A DNA stretch of 64,000 nucleotides, from assembly GCA_965263035.1 (NCBI GenBank), contig OZ253580.1:1792001-1856000 (forward strand), written 5' to 3'. The translations under genes and the position numbers were made by a program. The notes beneath the pieces were generated by a model. That model was not told the origin of the DNA, did not search any database, and saw only the letters and a program-made list of their open reading frames with translations. Shown here in pieces: positions 9,125 to 19,600 of this stretch (position 1 is the stretch's first letter; every line of letters starts with the position of its first letter). This DNA is from Acidobacteriota bacterium (GTDB taxonomy: Bacteria; Acidobacteriota; UBA6911; RPQK01; JAJDTT01).

Positions 9125-10555
9125 TCAGGGGCCCGGCGATTGAATTCCGAACAGCACCTTGGTGCGCGCCTCCAGGCTCTCAGCCAGGGCTTCGACCAAT
9201 CTGAGACCATTCAGGGCTTCGGTCCGACTGTAGTAGGTGAGGGCGGCCCGTGCCAGCTCCGGCTCGCCCGCCTGGAACAGCGCCAGCGCGATTCCCTCCA
9301 CCGTCGCCTGCTGGGCAATCAGCCCCGACTCGAAGGCGGTCAAGGCCTCCATGACCTCCGGCAGGAATTTCGCCTCGTGGGATTTCGCCAGGTAGAACAA
9401 CCGCTTGCAGGCGCGGAAAGCATACCGCGTCGATTCCAGCCCCATGTCCCCTTCCCGGATGTGGCGGGAATCCTCGCCCGCGGTGAGGTAGCGATGCCTC
9501 TTGAACTCGGGCGGCACATCCTGAACGCCGATGCGGTAGGGGACGAACGGCGCCGCCACCGGAGGGGCCGGCGCCACCCACAAGGTACCCAACTCCCGAT
9601 GGACGCCATGGCGCAAGTGGGCCACCTGGCCATAACCGGCCGAATCGCGAGTGAGTTCCGGCGTCCGAACCACCTCGATCATGTCCTGCAGGCCGATTCG
9701 GCCGGCCCTGGCCTGCAGCCGATCCTCGATCAGCTGGACCGCCGCGGCCTTGCCGGCCGACCGTCCATACACCTTTCCCACATGAAAGGGCTCCCCTGAC
9801 TGGGGGTCGTACCAGCCCTGGTCCACGGCGAAGGGAATCAGATTCCCGGATCCCATGAAATCAGGATGCTCCCGGTAGTTGAGCGGAACCTCATGGATAT
9901 AGCCGGGACGAGACACCCGGACGTCGTCCGGCCCCAGTCGCTCGGCAACCCAGAGGCCTTGGCCGCCGGCGAAGTTGATCAGGATCCATCCCTCTTCGGC
10001 GTCGGCAAATAAGTGTGAGTTGCCTCCATAGGTGGAAAATCCGTATTCGTCAATCAGCGCGCCCACGATCTCCGCGGCCTCGCGGGCGCTTCGGGCCCGT
10101 TCCATCACGATCCTGGACAGGTCGCTGTATTGCGGCCCGCGCTGCGGATTGGGCGTCATCTCCCGCAGCTCGATCCGTGAGGAGGACGACACATCCCGGG
10201 CCGCCACACCCTGCTCGTTCAGTCCGCCGTTCGTCAGGGGCGCCGGGAAACCCGCAAAATAGGAATAGTTCATGGTCAGGTAGCGAAACGTGGTGGGCAC
10301 CTGCGGAATCTCCATGAGCTCTCCGGGATAACGGGATTCCGGAGTCGCTCCCACCGTCAGGGTGGAACCGGGAGCATGCTGCCGAAGGGGCACGATCTCC
10401 AACCAATGGCTGGAAGGCTCGTCGCCGTAACCGGCCAGAAACACACTGCCGTCCCGGGTCAGGTTCTTCCCCACGTAGATTGCATAGCTGGCCTCGGCTC
10501 CGGCGCCGCCGGCGAGGCTGATCATCAAACTGGTCAGCGCGATACGACCTTTCAT
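9125..10555 (-). CDS. C69-family dipeptidase-like Ntn hydrolase with signal peptide
   Basis: SYAIYVGKNLTRDGS N-terminus, NGGLNEQGV, MERARSAREA, ADAEEGW and WVAERL. Confidence 0.8.
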   Translation of the reverse strand: MKGRIALTSLMISLAGGAGAEASYAIYVGKNLTRDGSVFLAGYGDEPSSHWLEIVPLRQHAPGSTLTVGATPESRYPGELMEIPQVPTTFRYLTMNYSYFAGFPAPLTNGGLNEQGVAARDVSSSSRIELREMTPNPQRGPQYSDLSRIVMERARSAREAAEIVGALIDEYGFSTYGGNSHLFADAEEGWILINFAGGQGLWVAERLGPDDVRVSRPGYIHEVPLNYREHPDFMGSGNLIPFAVDQGWYDPQSGEPFHVGKVYGRSAGKAAAVQLIEDRLQARAGRIGLQDMIEVVRTPELTRDSAGYGQVAHLRHGVHRELGTLWVAPAPPVAAPFVPYRIGVQDVPPEFKRHRYLTAGEDSRHIREGDMGLESTRYAFRACKRLFYLAKSHEAKFLPEVMEALTAFESGLIAQQATVEGIALALFQAGEPELARAALTYYSRTEALNGLRLVEALAESLEARTKVLFGIQSPGP

Positions 10556-10612
10556 GGTAGTGTCCTCATTTTCTTGGCGGCCAGCTCAATCCTGGCAGAA
10601 AGAGGGGAGAAT

Positions 10613-10679
10613 GCGGGGGTTTGTAACCCCCGATTCCGGGTCGCCGATGAAGAGGGGGACAGGAATGTCCCCCCTCCTG
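10613..10679. repeat. REP-like hairpin doublet
   Basis: GGGGGACA-ggaa-TGTCCCCC and CGGGGGTT-tgt-AACCCCCG hairpins. The reverse complement matches 48635-48659. Confidence 0.65.
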
Positions 10680-10761
10680 GAGTGCCCCATGTTTCTCTCC
10701 GGACTCTGCCGGGGTGCCAGCCGGTGGGGAAACGTCTATCTGATACGAGCGTCGTCCAAGA

Positions 10762-11136
10762 CTACACGTCCACCCGGACGTGCTTCATGGCCTCGTAGGC
10801 CGGAGACGGCTTGCCCTGTACGTGGAGGAAGGGGTATCGGTAGTCCTCCTCTCCCACCCAGCGGGAGTCGCCGGTCATGAAAATCACGGTGTAGGCGCGC
10901 CGGGAATGCGGGCTCCGGTTGGGCTCGCTCCGGTGGTAGGTCAGCCAATGGTGGAATCTCACGCTTCCTTTGCTCAGCTCCACCGGAATCTCACCTCCCA
11001 AATTGCTCAGAGCCTCCTGGGTCAGCTTCCACGTATTCCCGGGCACTTTCGAATGCTCGTGATCGAGCAGGCCCAACTTGTGGCTCTCGGGGATCACGGT
11101 GAGGCTTCCGTTCTCGCGGGTCGCATCCTCCAACGC
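10762..11136 (-). pseudogene. Displaced 3' fragment of the PhyH-family dioxygenase gene
   Basis: ALEDATRENG...YEAMKHVRVDV is nearly identical at protein level to the C-terminus of 29551..30312. The N-terminal half with the HxD motif is missing. Confidence 0.85.
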
Positions 11137-11213
11137 GCAGCTGATGGTGACTGTCACCTGCTTGCTGGTGGTTACCCGGTCGCCTTCTATCATGATCACC
11201 CGCTCCCTTCTTT

Positions 11214-12383
11214 TCATGCGTTCTGAAGCAACATCGCCAGCTCGGAGACGCTGATCGCCTCAACGCCTTCGGTGACCGGGAAGCGCTCGTCGCCGGAATG
11301 CGCGACGAACGCATGGGCCGGCCTCAGGTCCGCGCGGGCGTTGTGGAAGCCGCGGTCCAGTCTCGGGGCGCGGCCCCGCTTGATCTCTATCGCCCACAGT
11401 TCGCCGTTCGGCAACTGAAGCGCGAGATCGACCTCGGCGCCAGCGGAAGTGCGGTAAAAACTGGCTGTCGTCCGTTCCGGGGCGGCCGCGAGCAGATTCT
11501 CTATCACATATCCTTCCCAACTGGCGCCGGCCACAGGATGGCCGGCCAGCGCATTGAAATCGCCAATGCCGAGCAGAGCGTGCAGCAGGCCGCTGTCGCG
11601 TATGTAGATCTTCGGCGATTTCACAAGCCTTTTCCCGACATTGGCGTGAAAAGGAGCCAGGCGCCGCACCAGCAGCAGATCGGTCAAGAGTCCGATATAG
11701 CGATTCACGGTTTGCACGCTCACACCCAATGACGAAGCCAGCCGGGAGGCATTCAACAGGCCTCCCTGGCTGTGGGCCAGCATGATCCAAAGGCGTTCCA
11801 GCGTTTCCGCGGGGAGGCGGGGCCCGAACAAGGCGACGTCGCGCTCCAGGTAAGTCCGGATAAAGTCCTTGCGAAGAAGAAAGCTACGCCTTCCGTCAAC
11901 GGCCAGAAAGCTGTCCGGGAAGCCGCCCCGCACCCAGAGCCGGGTGGGCGTGTCACTACCGCCCGCCACCTCGAGGAGGTGGAACGGCTGCATGTCAATA
12001 TAGGCGATCCGGCCGGCAAGGCTCTCGCTGGACTGGCGCAACAGATCCATCGACGCGGAGCCGAGGATCAGGAATCGTCCGGTCCGTTTTCCTCGCCGCC
12101 GGCCGCTGTCGATGACCCCTCGAAGATCCTGAAACAGGCCGGGAACTCTGTGGATTTCATCGAGAATCACGAGGCGTTTTTCGTAATGGCTCAGGAACAG
12201 CGCCGGGTCGCTCAGCTTCTGCCGATCGGTTCGGTCTTCGAGGTCGAGATATAGGGCTCCGCGCTCTTCGCCGATATCCAGCGCGAGCGTCGTCTTGCCA
12301 GCTTGGCGCGGGCCGATAATGGCCACCGCTGCCTGGTAACCAAGCGCCTCAAGAACGCGGGGCTTGATGTGCCGCTCTATCAT
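11214..12383 (-). CDS. AAA+ ATPase with DUF4143 domain (AAA_14 type)
   Basis: GPRQAGKTT, ILDEIH, GGFP, KSPKIYIRDSG and C-terminal EVD...AIEIK nuclease-like motif. Confidence 0.9.
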   Translation of the reverse strand: MIERHIKPRVLEALGYQAAVAIIGPRQAGKTTLALDIGEERGALYLDLEDRTDRQKLSDPALFLSHYEKRLVILDEIHRVPGLFQDLRGVIDSGRRRGKRTGRFLILGSASMDLLRQSSESLAGRIAYIDMQPFHLLEVAGGSDTPTRLWVRGGFPDSFLAVDGRRSFLLRKDFIRTYLERDVALFGPRLPAETLERLWIMLAHSQGGLLNASRLASSLGVSVQTVNRYIGLLTDLLLVRRLAPFHANVGKRLVKSPKIYIRDSGLLHALLGIGDFNALAGHPVAGASWEGYVIENLLAAAPERTTASFYRTSAGAEVDLALQLPNGELWAIEIKRGRAPRLDRGFHNARADLRPAHAFVAHSGDERFPVTEGVEAISVSELAMLLQNA

Positions 12384-12520
12384 CCTTGTATATTATCCAT
12401 AGAATGGACAATTAACAAGGATAGAATCCACTCCGAGGAAAGAAGCCGTCTATGTATTCCACAGGAACAAGAATACCTCCGCTCGTGGGCGCGTGGGCGG
12501 GTCCGGCACGCGTTCCCGAC

Positions 12521-12631
12521 TTACCCGTCCACCTGGACGTGCTTCATGGCCTCGTGGGCCGGAGACGGCTTCCCCTGAACGTGCAGGAAGGGGTACCGGT
12601 AGTCCTCCTCCCCCACCCAGCAGAACTCGCC
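12521..12631 (-). pseudogene. Second, shorter displaced 3' fragment of the PhyH gene
   Basis: ~110 bp that match 29551-29661 and 10762-10872 with scattered substitutions. Confidence 0.8.
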
Positions 12632-12779
12632 ATTTTATCAGCGGGGCGCTCGAAGAACCCAACGTCTTCGGGACCCTGGGCCAACTGACCAGGTCGTTTT
12701 GGCGCGCCGTCACTGACAAGTGGGTAGCCAGACCGATTGTCTGGCTCCGAAACCCCGTGCTTGGGGGAAGGTTCATGCT

Positions 12780-15700
12780 TCAACCCAAGATCATTCCGTC
12801 GATGACCGATGCGATCACCGCTGCATCCAACCCCCCGCCCGGCTCGTCCCGAGTTTCGATCAGCGTTCCTTCCAGGCCTCCGCCGTCCTCGTGAGGCCGA
12901 ATTCCGCAGTCCAGGTACTCGGCACGCTTCCGCTCCCATCGGGCTCTGTACCCTTGGTCGTCGAGCATGCCGAGATGCTCCCAATAGAAGGTCACGCCCC
13001 GCGCGTGATCCGCGATCGTGAAATCCGGGTAGCGGGTGCGACCATTGGCCAGCACGAGAGGCTGCTCGTAGGCGTAGTCGATCCCGCGCGCGTAAAGCTT
13101 GTCGGCAATCACCAGCTCGGACTTTGAGCGCACGAGATCACCGCGCTCGGTTCGATGAATGAGCCCTTCCTCGAGGAAGCGCTGCTGGGCGTTGACGGTT
13201 ACTTCGCGCGGCCGCGGATCCGCGAAGAGGTTCGTCATGCGCCGGGCGATCTCCGAGTGCTCGTCGCCTGCATAGCGGCGATACTCGACAAGTGGGCCTT
13301 CGTGCAGGATGACCAGCCGGTCCTGGTGGCGGGTCAGCGCCGTGTACAAGAGCTCGCGGGAGAGCAGCCAGCAGGGGTTGGTGAGTACGACGAAGGTGAC
13401 GCCGAACTCGCTGCCCTGGGTCTTGTGCACCGTCAGGCAGTAGGCCAGCTCGAGCGGGTTGCGGCCTTCGTCTCCGAACTCGCCGGGGTAGAACCGGTAC
13501 TTGGGGCCTAGTTGCCCGGCGAACTCGACCTCGAGCTTCCACGGCATGCCCCTGAACTTCTTCGTCTTGTACTCCCCGACGATGATGCCGATGTCGCCGT
13601 TGGCGAGGTAGGCCTCCCCAGCGGGCTTCGGCCAGACGTCGCGCCCGCGCTGGTTGATGACATTGATGACCTTGTCGCCGTAGAGGAGCATCTGCGGGCC
13701 GACGGGACGCGGCACCTTGCGACCCCAGCCCTCCGCCTCGGCAAGCTCCCGCGCCTCCGCCCGGAACCGCCTTTGGAGCATGCGGTTCAGCGCGTCCACC
13801 CCCACGAGGCCGGCGCGCAGAGGCGAGAGCATCTGCCACGCTTCCGCCCGCGCGGCGGCTCCCGGGTTGTCGCCGAAGCGGTTCCAGAAGAAGGCCCACG
13901 GGATACCCCCGTGACGGGCGCCGCCCAGCGATTCCTCGAAGCCCAGTTCGTCGTCCGGCCCGGCGAGACCGAGCGCCTCGACGAGTTCCGCGACGAGCTT
14001 CTCCTGAAGCTCCTGCGGGTGGTTCCACCGCACGAGCCGGAGGCGTCCGTCTTTTCCTTCCTGTCCCTCGTCCAACACGGCGTCTGCGCCAGGATCGAGC
14101 GGCCGTCCGCTGAAGTGCGATGCCAGGAGCACGTCGGCCCGGGACTCGCCCTGCTGGCGTCGCGGGATCGTGAGCCCGGCATAGCTCGGCCCGTAGCGCG
14201 GAAAGAGCGTCTCGACATTCTCGGGCTCGAGCTCTCGAACGATGTCCACGAACGGGCGACCGGCCCCAATCGGCGGGAGCTGGCGCGGGTCCCCGACGAG
14301 CACAAGCCGCTCGACGTTGCTGAGCGAGTCGATCAGCGCCGCGAGCTGCTCTTCGGTGAGCATCGAGCACTCGTCCACGATCACGGTCCGGTAGTCGCCA
14401 CAGCGAGGCGCCCTGAGCTTGGGAAAGTAGGCGCCGGTCTCCCCGTCGTAACGTTGCTGCCGGATCAGAAACTGCGCCAGCGTCCGGCCGGCACCCCGCC
14501 TGCCGGTCTGCTCTTCCAGGCGCACACGGGCCTTGCCCGTGGGTGCCAGGAGCAGCAACCCCTTCTCGGCGAGACCGGGAAGCGAGCAGAGCATCCGCAG
14601 CAGCGTCGTCTTGCCCGTCCCGGCCGGGCCGATCAGCACGGAGAGCCGCGAGCGGAAGAGCTGCTCGAGCGCCGCCGCCTTCTCGCGCCGCGCGCGCTCC
14701 TCCAGCTCGCGCTCTTCCGGATCCGTAGGCAGCGCCTCATCGATCCCTGCGTCCACGAGCCCACGCCAGTCGAGTTCGGCCACGTGCGGCTTCCCCTTCT
14801 TCCGGCCGAGCACTTCGCGGCGGATGATCGTACGGCACTCGATGAGCCGGTCCACCTGGTAGGCAGGCTCGTCCTGACGGGTTGCCGCGCACGCGACGAC
14901 CGGCGCGAAGCTCTCCTCGCAGGCGTCGAGCACGTTCTCGCCGAGCGGGCACGGCGGCTGGAGCGCTCGCTCCCGCGCCCTGCGGATGACCCAGCTCCGA
15001 GGGAGCAGCGTGTGGCCCTCGGCCGCTGCGTGCTCCAGGAGGTCCGCGACCAGTGCACGTACACGCCGTTCGTCGGCCGGGTCTTCGATGCGGCTCGGCT
15101 CCAACACTGGGAACTGCTCCCGCACTGCCTCGTCCGGGAACAGGCCCCGGTCCACCGCGCCAAAGGCAATCGGGTCGGCGGCGCGCCGGTCGTGCTCAAA
15201 GAGGAGGTAGGGATTGCGCAGCAGCTCGGCGTCGCTAGCCTCGATGCCGGCCTGCGCCCGTGCTGTGGTGTCGTAGAAGCGTAGCGCCTGATCCTCCGAG
15301 ATGGCGCAGCGGCCGAGGAGTTGGAGCAGGGCCCGCCGCTCGTCGGTTAGGCGCTTCCAGCCCTTGCGCAGCCCGTCCGTGAGGAGCTTTGCCACGGGAC
15401 CACCAAGCTTCGCGGGATCATCCATCACGGCGTCCACGAGCGCCCACGGATCGCCGCCGCCCTCGCGCTCGCGCTCGCGCAGCAGTTCGATCTCGTACGC
15501 GAGCAGGCTCCCGTGCTGGAAGCCCCACTCGTAGCCGAACGCCGAAAGCGCCGAGCCGAGGCCGGGGAACGCACCGCGCGCCCTCCACAGGCGGTTGAGC
15601 TGCGTATCGATCCAGGCGAGCACCTCAACCCACGGTCCCTCGATCCGGCCGCGCACCCGGTGCAACGTCGCGGCGCAGGCCACGAGGGAGGCCACGGCGC

Positions 15701-16601
15701 CATCGTGGGTCAGGAGTTCCGAGCCGTAGGAGTAGGCGTCGAAGTGCTCGTCCGGGGCGAAGGCCACGAACTCCTCGGGGTCGACCCCCTCGCGTTCGGC
15801 GAGCGCCAGCGCTTCCTGGTAGGGAAAGAGGAAGCCGTCCGCGAAGCCGGGCCGGACCGAATGGCCCACGTTGCACTCCCAGAGCACGCACCGAAGCGGC
15901 GGGTTCTTGACCTTGTATGCGTATTCGGTGGCCTCGCCGACGGAGAGCACCCGGCCCACGCCGACGATCACGCGCCGGGACTGCTCGGAGAGCGGGGTGC
16001 GCTTGGCATAGAAAAAGCAGAGCGACTCCTCTGGCCGGAGCGCGCCGAAGAAGGTGTCGAGCAGAGCGAGCTGGTTCTCGCGCTCCTGGACCCAGGCCGT
16101 CTCGACCTGCTTTCCGCCGCGGCTGCGGATGTCGGGCTCGCCGTCTGGCACCCAGCGGATCTTCAGGCGCTCGGCGATCCCGATCTCACCGTTCTTTGCG
16201 TTCCCCTCGACCTTCTCGCGAAGCATCCAGCGGAACGGAACGCAGGCAGCAGAGTAGGGCGATTGCACAAAGCGGGTGGGTGCGAAGTGGCCGTGGGTCT
16301 TGGGGTAGAACTCCGTGTACGGGTGGGTCATCGTCCGGGTGAGCGAGAAGGGCGCCATGAACGAGACGCGCTCGCCCACGCAGGGTGGCAGGTCGGCGTG
16401 GTCGAGCTCGTCGAGCCGCTGACCCGCGCAACGCGCCTCCACGTCGTCGCGCCGGCCTTCGCCGATGCGGGGAAGGACGAGGCAACTCGAGTTGTCCAGC
16501 GGCCGGGCACACACCGTCCCGGACCAGCCCCCGTCGTGCCACGGGACGCGGATGGTGACATGGTGGGGCGGAAGGCGGCGGGCGCCGGCGAAGCTTGTCA
16601 T
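12780..16601 (-). CDS. RecD2-like SF1B helicase with long N-terminal region and C-terminal PD-(D/E)XK-like nuclease domain
   Basis: GPAGTGKTT, IVDECSM, LVGDPRQLPPIGAG, AYCLTVHKTQGSEF and RELLYTALTR. The tail reads RSKSE...YPDFTI...WEHLGM. ATG 16601 has a GGAGG RBS and overlaps the RT stop (ATGA). Confidence 0.88.
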   Translation of the reverse strand: MTSFAGARRLPPHHVTIRVPWHDGGWSGTVCARPLDNSSCLVLPRIGEGRRDDVEARCAGQRLDELDHADLPPCVGERVSFMAPFSLTRTMTHPYTEFYPKTHGHFAPTRFVQSPYSAACVPFRWMLREKVEGNAKNGEIGIAERLKIRWVPDGEPDIRSRGGKQVETAWVQERENQLALLDTFFGALRPEESLCFFYAKRTPLSEQSRRVIVGVGRVLSVGEATEYAYKVKNPPLRCVLWECNVGHSVRPGFADGFLFPYQEALALAEREGVDPEEFVAFAPDEHFDAYSYGSELLTHDGAVASLVACAATLHRVRGRIEGPWVEVLAWIDTQLNRLWRARGAFPGLGSALSAFGYEWGFQHGSLLAYEIELLREREREGGGDPWALVDAVMDDPAKLGGPVAKLLTDGLRKGWKRLTDERRALLQLLGRCAISEDQALRFYDTTARAQAGIEASDAELLRNPYLLFEHDRRAADPIAFGAVDRGLFPDEAVREQFPVLEPSRIEDPADERRVRALVADLLEHAAAEGHTLLPRSWVIRRARERALQPPCPLGENVLDACEESFAPVVACAATRQDEPAYQVDRLIECRTIIRREVLGRKKGKPHVAELDWRGLVDAGIDEALPTDPEERELEERARREKAAALEQLFRSRLSVLIGPAGTGKTTLLRMLCSLPGLAEKGLLLLAPTGKARVRLEEQTGRRGAGRTLAQFLIRQQRYDGETGAYFPKLRAPRCGDYRTVIVDECSMLTEEQLAALIDSLSNVERLVLVGDPRQLPPIGAGRPFVDIVRELEPENVETLFPRYGPSYAGLTIPRRQQGESRADVLLASHFSGRPLDPGADAVLDEGQEGKDGRLRLVRWNHPQELQEKLVAELVEALGLAGPDDELGFEESLGGARHGGIPWAFFWNRFGDNPGAAARAEAWQMLSPLRAGLVGVDALNRMLQRRFRAEARELAEAEGWGRKVPRPVGPQMLLYGDKVINVINQRGRDVWPKPAGEAYLANGDIGIIVGEYKTKKFRGMPWKLEVEFAGQLGPKYRFYPGEFGDEGRNPLELAYCLTVHKTQGSEFGVTFVVLTNPCWLLSRELLYTALTRHQDRLVILHEGPLVEYRRYAGDEHSEIARRMTNLFADPRPREVTVNAQQRFLEEGLIHRTERGDLVRSKSELVIADKLYARGIDYAYEQPLVLANGRTRYPDFTIADHARGVTFYWEHLGMLDDQGYRARWERKRAEYLDCGIRPHEDGGGLEGTLIETRDEPGGGLDAAVIASVIDGMILG

Positions 16602-19600
16602 AACCAACCTCCCTGCGCTGCCGTTTTCAGACCTGCGGGGGGATGCTTCCAGCCGTCGGCATTGGCTCCCGAGATGTCGTGGCGCTCCAGGAACCCGCCG
16701 ATGTCGTCGATTTCGAGGAACGTGATCGAGGCCTGCTGTCCGTGGGTGTGGAAGATCTGCCTAATGTGAGCATCGCTCCTCGGCCAGTAGGCGTTGCTGC
16801 CGCCGTACTGCCCGTTGTTGGCGACGACCACGAGTTGGAACATGTGATAGTGCAGCGCCAACGCCATCTGGTCGAACGTCTTAACGTCTTTGTTGAGCGC
16901 CGGGATCGCCAAGATATCTGACTCATCCCTGAGATCCGCAGCGAGGCCGAGATCCGTCGCATCATAGCAGACGGTCGCAGTCAGCCATAAGGGGCGGTCA
17001 CCGTCCGCGTCAGACCACGGATAGCCGATCAACCACTGGCAGGGCCGGAATCCCTGAAGAACGTGCGCCCCACCACCGTTGAACGCTTGCTCATTCGGGG
17101 CGAGGTGAGCCTTACCTTGACGGCGAGTCTTGATCTGCAGCCCGTAGGCGTCCGACCACTCCGGCATGACCCACAGGGCTGAGTTGACGAGCGGTTGCCC
17201 CGCTAGAATCTCTTCGTAGGTCAGCCCGGCGAGGATCATCGCCCTGTGAGCCCGTGCGAAAGGGACCAGATGAGTACGAACGTCCTTCGGATGGACGGCA
17301 AGCTCGGGCAGAATCAGCCAATCGAGCCGCCCTTCGCTCCCCTTGTGCGTCTCTCTCAACGCCAGCATGCGTTCCACGGCTGCGAGCGCTGCCGACAGGT
17401 GATTGCGGTGTCTTCGCCGAATTGCGGACTCGTTGAGTGCTAGGTCTGTGTGCTGCAAGTCACCGGTCGCCGGGATCGCTGTCTGGACCACGCAGGCACG
17501 CAGCGGCCTCGGCGTGTTCGTCGCTGTCGGTCGCCGGACCAGCAGCGGCAGGATCAGTGCGCGGGTAGCGCTACCTCGGCGCTGCTCGAGATCGGCGATC
17601 CTCTGGCCAATCTGCGTCCTCGCCTCTTGGATGCCCTGCTCGACCCAGCCGAACCCATCCGGAGCACGGCACCCCGGCCAGCGCAGGAGGCCCAGGAGGA
17701 GTCCTTCTACCCAGTCCGTGATCGGAAGCCAGTCGTCTCCGAAGGCCGGCTGCCCGCTATACAGGCCGTACAGGCGCTGGTACCAGTGGCTCTCGGCAGG
17801 GCGATAGAAAGACTCAGTCTCTTTCCAATGTCTCCTGCGGACGGGACGCGTGAAATCCGGCTGCCCCGACAGGATGAACCGGAGCAGAAAACCGAGTTGG
17901 AAGCGCCACCCCTCGCCGGCTTCACACCACGCGGGCACCTCGTATGGGGAGCCCGATGCGTCGGCCCGACTCCCCAGGATCCGCAGCGTTTCTACGTCAG
18001 CGACCGCCCGGTCCTCGCCGAGCTTCAGCGTGACCTGGCCTGGGGTGATCACCTCGGGCGGAAGCTTCTGCTGCTCCCACTGTTCGAGGAAAGCCCTCGC
18101 GAAGCGCAGAAGGGAGAGCTCGTTGCGAAGAGAACCGCTCGGGTGCGTATTCAGGACCGCCTTGGCCAGCGTGTCGTGGCCGCCGTCAGCCCCCTCCGGA
18201 GCCCGGCAAAGGTCCTCGCGGATGCGCGCCGGAAGGTCGTTGAAGAGAAGAGTATCCGTCGCGGTGTCGATGATCTCGAGAAGAAACGACGGGTCCCTCT
18301 GAGCGAGCTGCCGCCTCCTTGACGGACTGAGGCCGGGCCGCGTCAACTCAACCGCCCGCGCTCGATCCAAGAACGCACGTCTGGCGAGAACCGCGAGCGT
18401 CGCAAAATCCGAACTCCGGAGGCGGTCTCCGTCACCGCGCAGGAATCGGATCAGCTCCCGGTAATGCCGGGTCTCCGGTACCGTTCCCGTGCGCACGACG
18501 GGCGCCCCGACGGGATCGCAGACGGCGAGGAACAACAGCGCCTGCTGTCGTAGGTACCAAGGAATCGTCGGCCCGGGCAGGGCCACCAGGCGAGCGGCCT
18601 CCCCGCGAAGCTCCTCGCGGTAGGATTCGAGGTCGATCCCCAAGGGGAGCGATTCGGTGTCCGCCACGAGCGCCGTTTCCGTGGCTCCCGCGCGCAAGAC
18701 TTCAGCGAGGCAGTACCAAGCGACTCGCCTCGGCGCCTTTCGCCGCCCCCCCTTTTCCGTGAAAGGGCGGAGCAGTGAGAGAACTTCCCGCAACAACTCC
18801 ACATCCGGCCAGAGATCGAGGCCAATCCGAAGCAGGCGAACGTTCGATGGGTCGTCGATCCACCGTTGAATCAGACCCAGCGCAAACGCCCTCGCATCCT
18901 CGTCCAGCTCGCGCCGTGTACGCGCCACGCGCGGTCGCCCACCGGGCGGGGTATCGCCTCTACCAACCTCAGACTCGTCCGGCGTGTCGTCGTCTTGGAG
19001 CAGCGGCCTGATGGAACGGAACGTGGTTCGATATCGGGCAGCGCCGAATCTGGCGACCGTCTCGTCCCGAACGTCCGGGACCGGGGAAAACCGCCAGCCA
19101 CTGTCGTCCCCCACGCTCAGGGCTTCCTGCGCGCGCATCAGGCCCTGGATGGCATCGAGGATCTCCTCGCCGCCGAGCGCGTCGAATCCCCCCGACACCG
19201 CCGACTGGATGCGGTTCATCTTCGCGCTCTGCCGCACCAACGGTCGTTCGTCGCCCCCTAGCGCTGCGACTTGGCTCTTCTCGGGGGACAGCACGAGGCC
19301 GGTCGCATTCTCTTCCAGAACCTGACTTAGCCATCTCGAGACGGTCTTCTCAAGGTCATTCGACGAGCCATCCGACTTCGGGGCAACCGCAACCAGGATC
19401 CGCAAGTCGTCGACGTACCGGCACGAGTCCGCCACCCGGATTCCGGGGGCGATCTCCGTCCCGATCGCCACGCGCAGCACCTCGTCGAACGAAAGGAGCA
19501 CGACGTTCGCGAAGAAGCCGGAGGCGACGAGTCCCTGTGGCAATGCCACCCGCGTGAAGTCGTCCAACTCCGCCTGCTCTGCGTACATCTTGACATTTTT

